Shown here one piece after another: positions 49,780 to 63,515 of a stretch of DNA of 64,000 bases. The notes under the pieces were generated by a model. That model was given only the letters and a program-made list of their open reading frames with translations, was not told the origin of the DNA and did no database searches. Position 1 is the stretch's first letter, and every line of letters begins with the position of its first letter. The position numbers were made by a program, and so were the translations under genes. This stretch comes from Phoronis australis (Eukaryota; Animalia; Phoronida): NCBI GenBank assembly GCA_002633005.1, contig NMRA01000289.1, forward strand, positions 274,382 through 338,381, written 5' to 3'.

Positions 49780-52700
49780 GAGTCAATATACCACCTGACC
49801 CACAACAAGTTGCAACAAAAGATTTTAAAATGGTTTAATGCCCTACTGAGTATACTTATTAATAAAATCTGACCACCGGAAATAGGTTAAGACTGCGTCA
49901 TTTCCAAGATGGCCGCCACGACGTTTCGAAATCACTAAAACAGCTATAAATTCTTCAATAACTGTGATAGAGACATAATTTTTGGTTCTAGTCTATGGTT
50001 TTAATGGGTGCGAAACTCACTGGTGTGGTCAGAAATGATCAGAATTTGATATGAATTCAAAATGGCCAGTAAAAATTCAAGAGCGAAAAATCACTACTTG
50101 TCCATTATATCGGGTGATCAAAAAACTTTTCGAACTTTAAATTTTATGTTTTTCTTCCAAAAAACTTCATAGTTGAAATTGCACGAAATTTTGCACATGT
50201 GCTTATCAATCTATTGTCATTTCAGATAAAAAATATAATGATACACTGTGTTTTCACTCCAGGACAGGAATACTTTTGTAACTCAAAAAAGTCAATGCCA
50301 AATTAGCCTGCATAATTATACAAAGTATCATCGAGGATGGCAACACTGGGCAATCGATTTACTCAGGAGTGTATTGGATTGTGTTAGTAAAATGTTTTGT
50401 CGGTTGGGTGCTACCTTTTGTAAAATAAAGAATAGATGGTGATCTCAAGTGCTGAGAAAGAGTTAATTGGGGTTAATTACAACATATTTTACATTAAGTC
50501 CTGACTGCAAACTAATGAACTACAGCGTATGGAATGCGCTGACAGATAATGTACATGTAGGCCAAGGTTGTATAGGTTGTATTATAATCAATAACTTAAA
50601 CTTGCAGAACTTCTTCTTTACTCAAAAAGTATCTGTCAGTATCAAAATGACTGAACATCAGGTGCCAGCCCCTAAAATATTTAATTGTCGACATGACGTG
50701 TATTGCCTCAGTTCAATTCTCATCACTGTCTTCAAGTTGCTGAGCAACTTGATAAAGCGGATTCTAACAATATGTCGCTTGTCACAATCCCCATGCTGAT
50801 GTACGTGCAAGCCCATTTTCTCTGCAACTACAACGGGGAGTACTACAAGCTTTGGTGCAGTTGCAGTGTGTCCTCTTCAGGAGAGTGTCTGATGCAGCAT
50901 TCATGATGAGTATATAATCGATTATCTTCAAGTCTCCTGCCGCGGTCCGGAGGATCCATGTCATTTGCCATCCCTATCCAAACCATGTCTTAGCTGGTAG
51001 CACACTCGGAGACAATGAGACCTGGTGGGGGATTCTGTTGGTGGAAGACGTTCGGCAGTAACGAAAGACTTATCAGCAGCAACCTTCTAGGTGAATATGT
51101 TGTAACGTATGGCTGCCAGAGAACACGTTCTCTCCATACCAAACATTGCGACCATCACTTGACTGCCAAGTACCTCTATATCAGAGGGACTTACACCTTT
51201 CTGCGCACGTCTGGAGTTTCAAGTTTCTGAAAGAGCGATTTCATTCCAGTGCCATACACACGAGACGTTGAGTCGCATCCTGTGAAGGGATACAGGAATA
51301 GTAGCTGGGTACACAATTTACTCCCGAGCATACACTTCATCCAATTTATGCCGTATACTTTCAGATTGGTTCTTGACTAGTTGTCTGATCTGAAAAATAG
51401 TGGTTTCCCCCATTAGCCATGCTGTACTGGAGCAAAAACATTAACAGGTCAGTGTCCTACTCGCCCATTATTGTGGTGGAATGCATAAATGTACTGTTAA
51501 CTACTGCCTTTTTGCAATGTTCACATCAGCGTTAATTCCTCTGTCTGAACGACTGTGCATCCCATTTTCTGCAGCTGGTCACTTATTACGGCGATCAGTA
51601 GTTTCTTGATACTGCCGATGAATAGGAATTCATCTCTCTATCCATCAAATTTGGTTTCTCCGGTGAAGTTCACAGTCGGATAGCTGCTGGTCTGTCTCCG
51701 TCTCTACTGAACGTTATCTTTTATCGAAGAATCTGCACCATAGCCACCAGGGACAACAGAGACTGCCTCATAGTTCTTTTCTGTGAAGTCAACATATGCT
51801 CCGGCAAATTTTCCCTTGTATCTTCCTTCTTCCATTTGAACTTGTGCACCAAGGATTTCCCATGAAGCACAAGCCTTTCAGTCTGGAGCTGTACTGGAGG
51901 TGTGGAACCTGATGCTCCTTCACGTGCATGAGTCTTGGAACAGAGGTCATTGACGGCTTGAGCCACTTGAGGTTTGTCAGCCCTTCCTCAAAATCATGTT
52001 GTCCTCAAAGAGGGACGGTGGGTACGCACTGAGCTCAAAACTAATCACTTCCTCAAAAAACAAAATCTATCGACGGGATACCACCAAGAATTGCTAGGAG
52101 AGCAAGCCAGGATCGATGGTTCTGTCATGACCGATCTGGACAACAGCGGCGTTTCCCAGAGCTTTCTCTTTCCTCTTAAAAGAGAAAGAAAACAGAGGTT
52201 GTCCGACCATTCTCTTACTGATTTTGTTCCCAAAAGATTCATATTCATGCACGTTGACGTCTTCGCTGGCGACAACAACATTGGTGATATTGCGTGGCGC
52301 AGGATCTTAGGAGAAGGGTGAAGATGCGGTCAGCCTTGTGCTTATCTTCGCAAGGTCGTATGCATCCTTCAACTCTGGCACCAGTTTCTCCTTTGTGTTG
52401 TTCGCTTGCTGTGTTCACTTCTGACGTTATGGGGGCCGACATTGTCCTTAATGCTCGCTGCTTCTCTGTCATCTTACTGCCATGAGACAAACCGCCTGCG
52501 CTTTTTAGCGATCTCGTGAACGTTTGTTAAATGTCTCGATCACTGATTTTGGCATTTTGCCATGGGTTTCAAGTTTCTTTGCGTGAATTTTTTAAACAAA
52601 AACGAGTGGCAAACAAATATACACTAGACCATTTTTGTGACTTTTATGTCAAGGCAATGTTTTGGATTAAATATTTGACCGCTTAAATATAAATGCAATT

Positions 52701-52934
52701 TTCATATTTCAAATTAATTCAGTCAGAATTCACTAACTTCTAAATGTTTTAAGATCACTCAATCAGAAATCAGTCACATCCAATCATACTTTCGATACAG
52801 GGGATAAGATTTTAAAATAATGGACAAATCAGTGATTATTCGTTGAACTTCTTGAATTTTAGCAGCCAACTTGAATTTCATATTCACTACTGATCATAAC
52901 TGAATTTTACCCACACCAATCAGTTGCTCACCCC
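49780..52934 (-). mobile_element. Academ-like DNA transposon, decayed
   Basis: Minus strand: LHGKSLVHKFKW, DTDLL, LFLYPFTGCDSTSRVYGTG (XPG/H3TH-like), CNCTKACSTPRCSCRENGL (Cys cluster); inverted subterminal similarity 50000-50090 vs 52850-52934; outer ends uncertain. Confidence 0.72.
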
Positions 52935-54780
52935 TTAAAGGAGAATGCCACCCTATTTAATTAGTCTTTTTTGCCGTCTTAATCAGTCTATATCCACATC
53001 GCCTCGCATACGGTCGACCTTACCTTGTAGAAAGGTGTCGCGTTAACCTGTGAGGAAGGTGAGAAACGACGCTAGCGACGTCAGTGGTTCATATGTAGAG
53101 TGAATGCCGCTATGTTGCGGTGCATCGTTCCCGCTTGTCCGAACTAAGCAGCTGCGAGGAAAGCGGGCGTGCGTTCAGTAACGCTAGGACCTACGCTAGG
53201 ACCTAGCTAAAATCTAGTTTTAGTCACGTGTTCTCACTTAAAATACACGGAAATATCTCACGTAATCTCCCGAAGTCTTGCTTTTTAGCGAGGTCCTAGT
53301 GTTACTGAACGCCCGGGGAGGCGGGTATATCGTTTTTTCTACTTCCTCGAGAGTCCGAAATGCTTAGGAAGTGGCTCATGGTAGTAAAGAATGAAATGTA
53401 CGCTGTAAATAGCAAGTATGAGGCCGTGAAACATCTCCGTGTCTGTGGCCTGACGACGTCGACAGTGGGCTGACGAATGCCGGCTTACCAAGTAACTCCA
53501 TACATGTACGTTCCGTTGTCTGAGCTTGTTCACGGCGCCTCTCTAATATTTCTTCATAACTGTATTCCTCTTCAAATTGATAGCCTGTAAAACTTAACGA
53601 TCCACCTGCGAAGTCGGGACTGAGGAGCTCTAGCTCGTCCTAAGTCGGGATTGCGAGTTGCCATGTTGGCGTTTATTACTGAGCGTTCTGTTTCAAAATG
53701 AATTATTCTCACCCTAACCAATACTTATCTAAAACTGAAACAAAGTCTGTCTCCTTAGATGCAATTTGTAATGACTTTGGAGTGTTCGTGAGTGCAAATG
53801 ATTTGAGAACCCATGCAGCAATGAATAAATGACTGCGTTATCGGCTTTAGGTGCAATAAAACTAAATGACGGGACACCGAGGCCGTGTGAGCTCATGCTA
53901 ATTAGTGTTTGCTGGCAGGAACTGTTGTGAAACAACTCGATTTTCCATCCCACGGCCTGGTGTTAGGGAAATCTTTATTTACATTTACATTACTCAAATA
54001 ATGATTATCAATGAACAACTTCTGCCCTGACGCTGCTGTGGCCAAAGTGGAACCTGAATTCGCGGCCTCCGACGAGTAACTAGATTTGCAGTTTCGTGGC
54101 TAATTCACCAACATAATCACGTGCACATTACTTTGGCTCACTAGTATAGTATTTCCTTGACTGGAAGTTTAGTTCAGTCCACTGAACTTTGACTGGTTTA
54201 TGTTCGTGATGTCTGATCAGTTTCCGCGAGCCACTGGCCGGGATCACGAGTCAATCCGGCAGCCGCGACAGGCCTGATCAGGCTCCGAGCCACTGGCCAG
54301 ACTAACAAGCGTTTTGTGTTTAGAACTCAAAAAATCACAAGTCTAAACAACACAGATCTAGGCTCTCCTGTCTGTATCTCACGGAAAATACTTCGAAATG
54401 ATCTCCGAACAGGCCAAACTCCTAATGCTACGACCTTGCCTGCCGAACTGCGGTGTGTCCAAATACCAATAAATCCATAAGAGCGAAATAAAACAACACG
54501 TTTTTATAAGAACTCGGTGTATTTTTAAGGGTTTTACATCGAAGTTTGATGATTTATTGGCGTTCAACGATGACTTCAAGCGATAAGCTGACACCAGTAA
54601 CCCGTGTTGTGAACTGCTGAACAGACTGTGTGTGAAACCGATGACGTCATTGGATAATTTAAACACCTTCGTCTGCCGTCAGGTGTCAGGTAACGCAACC
54701 GTATGTGTCGTTATAGAGTAGAACTACTCGATCTAAATTGATACAAATTAGGTTGTTTTTTGGGTGGCATGCTCCTTTAA
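52935..54780 (+). mobile_element. Kolobok-like THAP-remnant element (copy 2) with nested MITE
   Basis: TTAAAGGAGAATGCCACCC ... GGGTGGCATGCTCCTTTAA; TTAA at both ends; THAP frame MLRCIVPACPN* has a stop. Confidence 0.85.
53168..53315. mobile_element. MITE nested in the THAP region of copy 2
   Basis: CGTGCGTTCAGTAACGCTAGGACC / GGTCCTAGTGTTACTGAACGCCCG inverted ends; absent from copies 3 and 4. Confidence 0.8.
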
Positions 54781-55196
54781 GCTGATTGAGTGTGAACGTT
54801 TCTTCCCTCCCTCGTCCAGGGGTAGTTGCGCGAGACACACTTCAGCAGCGATTTTTTTTTTCTTGTTTTGTTGATTGTCGGAAAGACTGGTTACATCTGA
54901 CGACTGTAGTCGAGAAATGTTGCGAAATTTACCTTTCTGGGATGAAAAATATTATGTTATTTTATTTTATCTAAGACCCTATCTCGACCTCTCATACTTA
55001 GCTGTTCACTTAAAGGCACATTATCTGTATTTATGCCGAAAAACTCATTTTTGGGATCACTCCTTAAATTATTAACTTTTCTTAGAGCTGTAAAACACAA
55101 AATTAGAGCTTAATTTGTGATTTCATTACAAATCGCCAATTTTCACCGTTGTCTGCCAAACTAGTTCGCTGAAATCAAGACTGTTGACTTTACCAG

Positions 55197-56789
55197 TTAA
55201 AAGAGAATGCCACCCAAAAAACAACCTATTTTGTATCAATTTAGATCGAGTAGTTCTACTCCATAACGGCACGTTCGGTTGCGTTACCTGACACCTGACG
55301 GCAGACAGATGTGTTGAAATTATCCAATGACGTAATTGGTTTCACACGCAGTCTATTCAGCAGTTCACAACACGGGTTAGTGGTATCAGCTGATCGCTTG
55401 AATTCATCGTTTAACACCAAGAAATCATCAAACTTCGATGTAAAACCCTTAAAAATACACAGAGTTCTTTTAAAAACGAGTTGTTTTATTTCGCCGTTAC
55501 TTATTTACTGGTATTTGGACACATCGTAACCTACAAAGTTCGGCAGACCAATTTACCAAGGTCTGCAGCAGGAGTTTGGGGTCTGTTCGGAGATAAATTC
55601 GATGTATTCTTCCGTGAAATACAGCCAGGAACCCGATCAGGCCCGTCGCGGCTGCCGGGACTGGCACGAACATAATCCAGCTTGAGTTGGAAACTAAACC
55701 TTTAGTCACGTAAAGACTATAATAATGCGCCAAAGAAATAATGTGCACGTAATTATTGATATGAAATTGCCACGAAACTGAAAACCTACTTACTTTTCGG
55801 GTGCCGCGAAGTCGGGTTCCCCTTCAGTCCACAGACCGTCAGGGCAAAGGTTGTACAGTAACAATGATTTGAATAATGTATTGGCATTTCTAAATAAAGA
55901 TTCCCTTAACTTGTGACCATAGTATATAAAATAGAGTAATTGTTTCACAACAGCTTTCTGTCAGCAAACACTGAATTAGCATGCGTTCACACGCCTCGGT
56001 GCCCGGTCAATTACCTTTGTTTACCGGCATCAAACGCCGGTAACGTAGTGGTTTATTCATTGCTGGCTTCTCAAAACATTTGCCCTCACGAGCACCCCAA
56101 GGCATTACAAGTTGTATCTAATGAGACAGACTTTGTCTCAGTTTCATGTAAGCATTGGTTAGGATGAGAATAATTCATTTTGGAACAGAACGCAGAATAA
56201 TAAACGTCTACATGGCAACTCGCCCGGCGCCAATCCCGACTTAGTCAAGATCTCGTCCGACGAAGACTTCACGGGTCGGATCGTTAGGTTTCACAGGCTA
56301 TCAGTTCGAACCAGAATACACTGATCAAGAAATACACTAGAGATGCGCCGGGAACATCCACAGGAAACGGAACGTATGGATAGTTTTTTGGTAAGCCGGA
56401 ATTCGTCAGATAAATCACTGTCGACGAAATACCGGCCACAGACACGGAGATTTTTCACGGCCTCATACTTGCTATTAACAGCGTACCTTTCGTTCTTCAC
56501 TGCCGCGAGCCGCTTCCTAAGCATTTCGGGCTCTCGAGGAAGTCGAAAAATTGATATACCCGCTTTCTTCGCAGCCCCATAGTTCGGACAAGCTGGAACG
56601 ATGCACCACAATATAGCGGCATTCACTCTGCAGACGAACCACTGACGTCGTTCGTCGTTTCTCACCTTCCTCACAGGTTTACGCGACACCTCTCGGCAAG
56701 GTGAGGTCGACCGTATCAGAGGCGATGTGGATATAGACCGATTAAGACGGTAAAAAAGACTAATTAAATCGGGTGGCATTCTCCTTTAA
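55197..56789 (-). mobile_element. Kolobok-like THAP-remnant element (copy 3)
   Basis: TTAAAAGAGAATGCCACCC ... GGGTGGCATTCTCCTTTAA; ORF 56291-56779 contains CIVPAC...FRLPREPEMLRK-L...LRVCGR-F (THAP C2CH pattern). Confidence 0.85.
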
Positions 56790-57285
56790 GGCATGGATTT
56801 CAGTCAAAGCACTCTACTGCTCCCCCGTAAAGAGGCCCTAAAACCTACACCGATATTTAATACATCAAAAAATAATTTTTATTGTGGAAGGAAAACCCAA
56901 AAGTTGACTTAGCTTATAGATAAACCCGACAAAGTCGTTTTTAAATTACTAATTAAGTTAAATATCTAGTCATTTAAAAATAAAATACATACATGAAAAA
57001 AGTACCAGTATACATGTAATAAATACCAAGTATTCTCACTTCATTTCCGTGAAATATAGTTTCCAAATTTAACGGTAATTTCGGCACCACCATGTACACC
57101 ACGTGAACTATTTCCCAACATAAAACATGCAAAAAGACAAAATCAACGACATTTTACCTAAAACAAACGTGCAAGTTCCTTCACAAAATATAAGGGAAGG
57201 AAGCAAAGATAATAATAGGAACCAACCTCACAATACGAGTAGTTACAAACTAATTCATCTCAACGTATTTAGTCATCCTAAGGAC

Positions 57286-60200
57286 TAGAAACATACCATC
57301 CAGTGTTACAGCATCACAAGTAGGTAGAGACATACCATCCAGTTACAGCATCACCAAGAGGTAGAGACATATCATCCAGAGTTACAGCATTCCCAGGAGG
57401 TAGAGACATGCCATCCAGAGTTACAGCATTCCCAGGAGCTACAGACATACCATCCAGCGTTACAGTATCACAAACCATCCACAGTTACAGCGTTGGCAGG
57501 AGGAAGAGACATGCCACCCAGAGTTACAGCATTCCCAAGAGCTTGAGGCATACCATCCAGTGTTACAGCATTCCCAGGAGCTACAGACATACCATCCAGC
57601 GTTACAGTATTACAAACCACCCACAGTTACAGCATTGGCAGGAGGAGACATGCCACCCAGAGTTACAGCATTCCCAAGAGCTTGAGGCATATCATCCAGT
57701 GTTACAGTATCACCAAGAGGTAGAGACATACCAGCCCATCCAAAGTTACAGCATTCCCAAGAGGTAGAGACATACCATCCACTGTTACAGCATTCCAAAG
57801 AGGTAGACATACCATCCAGTGTTACAGCATTCCCAGGATGTAGAGACATACCATCCAGTGTTACAGCATCACCAAGAGGTAAAGACATACCGTCCAGTGC
57901 CAAAGCATTCCCAGGAGGTACAGACATACCATCCAGTGTTACAGCATTCCCATTAGGAACAGACAAACAATCCAGTGTTACAGCATTCCCAGGAGGTATA
58001 GACATATCATCCAGTGTTACAGTATCACCAAGACGTAGAGACATATCATCCAACGTTACAGTATCACCANACCAAGAGGTAGAGACATACCAGTCCATCC
58101 AGTGTTACAGCATTCCCAAGACGTAGAAACATACCACCCACTGTTACAGCATTCCCAACATGTAGAGACATACCATCCAGTGTTACAGCATTCCCAGGAG
58201 GTAGAGACATGCCATCCAGTGTTATAGTATTCCCAGGAGGTACAGACATACCATCCACTGTTACAGCATTGCCAGGAGGTATAGACATGCCATCCAGTGT
58301 TACAGTATCACCAAGAGGTAGATACAAACCATCCAGAGTTATAGCATTGGCAGGAGATAGAGACATACCACCCAGAGTTACAGCATTCCCAAGAGCTTCA
58401 GGCATACCATCCAGTGTTAGAGAATTACCAGGAGGTATAGACATATCATCCAGTGTTACAGTATCACCAAGAGGTAGAGACATACCAGTCCATCCAGTGT
58501 TACAGCATTCCCAAGACGTAGAAACATACCACCCACTGTTACAGCATTCCCAACATGTAGAGACATACCATCCAGTGTTACAGCATTCCCAGAAGGTAGA
58601 GACATGCCATCCAGTGTTACAGTATTCCCAGGAGGTACAGACATACCATCCACTGTTACAGCATTGCCAGGAGGTATAGACATGCCATCCAGTGTTACAA
58701 TATCACAAAGAGGTAGAGACATATCATCCAGTGTTACAGTATTACCAGGAGGTAGACATACCATCCAGAGTTACAGCATCACAAGTATGTAGAGACGTAT
58801 CATCCAGTGCTACAGCAATCCCAGGAGGTAGAGACACACCATCCCCAGTTACAGCATTCCCAAGTAGGTAGAGATACAACATCCAGTGCTACAGCATTCC
58901 CAGGAGGTAGAGACATACCATCCAGAGTTACAGCATTCCCAGGAGGTAGAGACACACCATCCAGTGTTACAGCATTCCCATGAGTTATAGACATACCATC
59001 CAGAGTTACAGCATTCCCAGGAGGTAGAAAGATACCATCCAGAGTTACAGCATTTCCAAGAAATAGAGACATACCATCCAGACTTACATGATTCCCATGA
59101 AGTAGAGTCGTACCATCCAGAGTTACAGCATTGCCAGGAGGTAGAGACATACCATCCAGTATTAAAGCATGCCCAGGAGGTACAGATATACCATCCAGTG
59201 TTACAGTATCCCCAAGAGGTAGATACAAACCATCCAGAGTTATAGCATTGGCAGGAGAAAGAGATAAACCATCCAGAGTTACAGCATTCCCAAGAGCTTG
59301 AGGCAAACCATCCAGTGTTACAGCATTCCCAGGAGGTAGAGACATACCATCTAGTTACAGCATTCCCAAGAGGTAGAGAAATACCATCCAGTGTTACAGC
59401 ATCACCAAGAGGTAGAGACATGCCATGCAGTGTTACAGCATTCCCAGGAGGTAGACAAACCATTCACAGTTACAGCATCACAAGTAGGCAGAGACATATC
59501 ATCCAATGTTAGAGTATCACCAAGAGGTAGAGACATATCATCCAGTGTTACACTATAACCATGAGGTAGACACATACCATCCAGAATTACAGTTTGCCAG
59601 GATGTAGAGAGATGCCATCCAGTGTTACAGCATTTCCAGGAGGTATAGAAATATCATCCAGTGTTACAGTATCACCAGGAGGTAGAGGCATGCCATCCAG
59701 AGTTACAGCATTCCCAGGAGACAGACATATCATCCAGAGTTACAGCATCACAAGTAGGTAGAGACATATCATCCAGTGTTACAGCATTGCCAGGAGGTAG
59801 AGACATACCATCCAGTGTTACAGTGTCACCAGGAGGTAGACATACCATCCAGAGTTACAGCATCGACAGGAGATAGAGACATACCATCCTGAGTTATAGC
59901 ACTGGTAAGAGGAAGAGACATACCATCCAGAGTTACAGCATTCCCATGAGCTTGAGGCATAGCATCAAGTGTTACAGCATTCCAAAGAGGTAGAGACATA
60001 CCACCCTCTGTTACAGCATTCCCAAGAGGTAGAGACATACCATCCAGTGTTACAGCATCACCAAGAGGTAGAGACATACCACCCAGTGTTACAGCATTCC
60101 CAAGAGGTAGAGACATACCATCCAGAGTTACAGCATTGCCAGGAGGTAGAGACATATCATCCAGCATTACAGCATTCCCAGGAGGTAGAGACACACCATC

Positions 60201-60345
60201 CAGTGTTACAGCATTCCCATGAGTTATAGACATACCTTCCAGAGTTACAGCATTCTTGGAGGTAGAAAGATACCATCCAGTGTTACAGCATTTCCAAGAG
60301 GTTGAGACATCCCATCCAGTGTTACAGCATTCCCAGGAAGTACAG
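57286..60345. repeat. 39-bp minisatellite array (~75-80 units, gap N at 58070)
   Basis: Consensus GAGACATACCATCCAGTGTTACAGCATTCCCAGGAGGTA; explains all the 13-aa repeat ORFs in the track. Confidence 0.95.
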
Positions 60346-63026
60346 AGATACTAATCTTGTCATTTATACAGACTTCTGGGCACAGGCAAACATCACACAA
60401 AATTTCATTACGAGTTTTCAACTTATTGTTTGTGATACAGAAATCTCTTCAGAAAGATTATTGTTTAGTTGGAGCCCTCCTTTCAAAAAAACCTGGATCC
60501 ACCTTTGTGACATCGTACATTAAGTTTCTTAACCTATAGTTACACCATTGAGCCAATATCTTTAATGCAAGCCATTTCACGTCACAACAGCAGATGGTTA
60601 CATATGAATGGAGAAATGAAACACGTCACACTACATTAACAAGATCCAAAAACGTTAAATACCAGAATTAAGCATTACTCTCAATTGATCCTTCTAGACA
60701 AAGTTGGCTAGAAATGCTCAAAAATACCATCAAGAAGCCGCACGATAAATAAATGGGGAATAGTAATTTGTTTTGCTATAAAAGTTTGGGTGAGCAAAAT
60801 GAAATGAAAGTGCTAAATAAGAGAATTACACGGTTGGACAAATCTGTTAAAATGTGGGTACAGTGTCCCTCTTATCCCCACTAGAATACACGCCTAGTCG
60901 AGTATTTAAGTATGTAAAACGAACTCTGAACTTTCTTAAAGCATTTTACGCATGCGTGCACCCTACCGACATGCTCAAGAGGCAGTTCATTCAATGCACT
61001 CAAGAAAAACTGCAAATCATCTACACTAGAATATATTTACAATTGTGACTTTTAATACTCCACAGAAGCTTTCGCGTCAGTGAATAAAAATTATTTACAC
61101 TAGGTGGCATACTTTCATAGCTATCCCTCCTCAAGTCCAGTAAAAGCGGTATGCTTGTCCTCCAGGGCCAGCCACATCTTCTGACATTGTTTTGTCCTAT
61201 AATACCCCACGACGTAACCTGCTAATATTCCACAGGCCAAGGGAGTGACGATCTGTAGTTTGGTGGACGTTCGTAACCACTTCTGTGAATATAACTGGGC
61301 AATGAAAACTGCTGCCGAAGCTGGAAAAAGAAACCAGTGAAATCAGTGAAGGTTTTTTCATGTCCAGTTGTTGTAAACCATAACAAGAATATAAATGAAT
61401 AGCGTACTTGCCGTAATAACCACCCAGGGCACTTAGAAAGGTTCGTTTCAGGGAGGGGGGGGGCTTGAAACCCGGTCTCCAAAACGGGTGAAATCGGAAG
61501 CTAAGATTCATCATATTTACACTCTGTGACGTATCTGTAATCTATGAAAGACTTTCTACAAAACCGTGGTGCGTTGCCGTCAAACTTTGCTGCTGAATTA
61601 CGATCATTTTACAGAAAATTGTGCTGAAATCCCAGGGCGAAAAGTCACCGACTGCCTGCCTCGCAATCGTCAATATGCCGACTTGAATGCTAGTCTCCTG
61701 CACAGACCCTCGAGATTGGTTGGGGTCTGCTACAGGGCACTTTTCCATTCGCATTCTTGGAATATCATTGGCTGTTCCGATTTCAAGAAACAAGGCATTC
61801 TATTGGTCAGTTGTATAATAGGTCAAACTAGTTCACCAACAGGGCGACTTCCAGTGAAAGAATGTCGATGGATTTACAGACGTTTAAGTCTCTCTCTTTT
61901 CATCAAACTCCCGCATTTCAAAGCTAGCGAATCAAGGAATACATTACAGTAACATATACGAAACATTTGACGATGATTATCTTGTAAACTATGTTGGATT
62001 ATGAAGTGATGTGATTTTTTACGAAATAATTTACGGGAAAAATTAGGCCACCCATAACAACACTCCAACAGTCATTTTAGGCGTATTATAGCACCGAATT
62101 GCTGAGTGCGTCGCGGCCACGACAGATTGTCTCGATCTTTTCAGAGCACATCCTCTCGTATGTTAACATGTTCATGTACGTAATATAAGCTCCCGTCAAT
62201 ACCGTGAAGGTTGACCTAGTGGTTCAGACATTCTGCTATTCATTGTCATTGCTTAAAAGACTGGCACAATTGTCACTACTAACAGAAGTTAGGAGCATAA
62301 AAATACAGTCAATGGTCCTAAACACACAAACATTAAGCAGTCTAGCAAGTTTTATAATGACTGACATTATCGCTTTTGGCGGTGCCATTCAGCAATGACT
62401 GTCATCACACAGTCATAGGGAGTGTTCAATTATTTCGGAGGGTGTTTGTTGCTGTGAAATTAGGATTATACCCACTCTTTAGTATAATCAGCAAGATAAA
62501 ACCTCACCCTTTTGTGAGTTGGCACAGTCATTAAAACTGACCCATTTTGGTTAAAGCCTCAATGGAATAGTCAACTTTTCTAACATAATTATGCAAAGTT
62601 ATTATTTACAGGGAATTGAAGTTCAGCAAAAAGTTGGACAGTATTCTTCTTAACACAAGAAGCCTCAGTTGTATATGAAACATTCAGTGGTTTTGGTACA
62701 AAAATGGATGATTTTATAAAGTTCAAACCTAAAAGTAAATATTTATACAGTTCGAACCTAAAAGTAAATATTTTTGTGTGGAATTTTTTTGGAAATTCGC
62801 CCTTTCATGGTGACTTTTGCAATGCCCGAGTCATTGGTCAGAGTGGCACATTTGGCCATATGCAATCTTTGCAACAATCATCTATTTATAAATTTCAGTC
62901 TTATTGCAAAACCAGAACCTTTCTTAAAAACATTCAGAAACTACTAAAAGTTCGTTGTAATCAAAGCATCCTGGAGTTAGACTTTGTAAGCAAGCCAACT
63001 TTAAAAACCTAGTTCGTTGAAATGAC

Positions 63027-63418
63027 TACCGTCAACATTCGGGTTAACGCCCATGCTCAGTTAACCACCCACCTCCTACTTTAGGTGGATTTTCGATTTA
63101 ACAGCCCACTGAACAGAACATTTCTTGGGATCGTCGGCTGTTATGACACTTCTAGCGACATTTGGCGACTTGACGATAAAGCTCTTTGTAAAGTTCTACA
63201 CGTTCCGAGTATGTGTGTCGTGTGGTACTCTGATCATGAGGTAAGATTAAGCGCCCAGGGCGGTTGTCTGTGGGAATAAGCGCCCATGTTCAGTTAACCA
63301 CACACCCTGGATTTCTTGAAATTTCACGTTAAGCGCCCATGTCTGGATAACCGCCCACCCCCCATTTTTTGGGTTTGCCAATTTAACCGCCCAGGGCGTT
63401 AACCCGAACGTTTACGTC
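63027..63418. mobile_element. TACCGT-type (Tc1/mariner/pogo-like) MITE with internal TAAGCGCCCA repeats
   Basis: TACCGTCAACATTCGGGTTAACGCCC / GGGCGTTAACCCGAACGTTTACG inverted ends; related fragment at ~61400-61440. Confidence 0.7.
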
Positions 63419-63515
63419 AGTTGCAAAAACATCTCACATTTTAAAATTGGGAAGTCAGGGTACTTCAAAGATTTTAAGTTGGGTCACTTAACCCAAATCA
63501 ACAGTTTCTTGTGCG

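Noticed and set aside
54379-55529. Similar ORFs MFKLSNDVIGFT.../MLKLSNDVIGFT... as a second Kolobok gene
   Set aside because: Non-ATG starts, different lengths and no counterpart ORF in copy 1; the similarity is explained by repeat identity.
57286-60345. CRISPR array, or the repeat-protein ORFs in the track as real genes
   Set aside because: The units abut with no unique spacers, the context is eukaryotic with no cas genes, and the frames are broken by recurrent indels.
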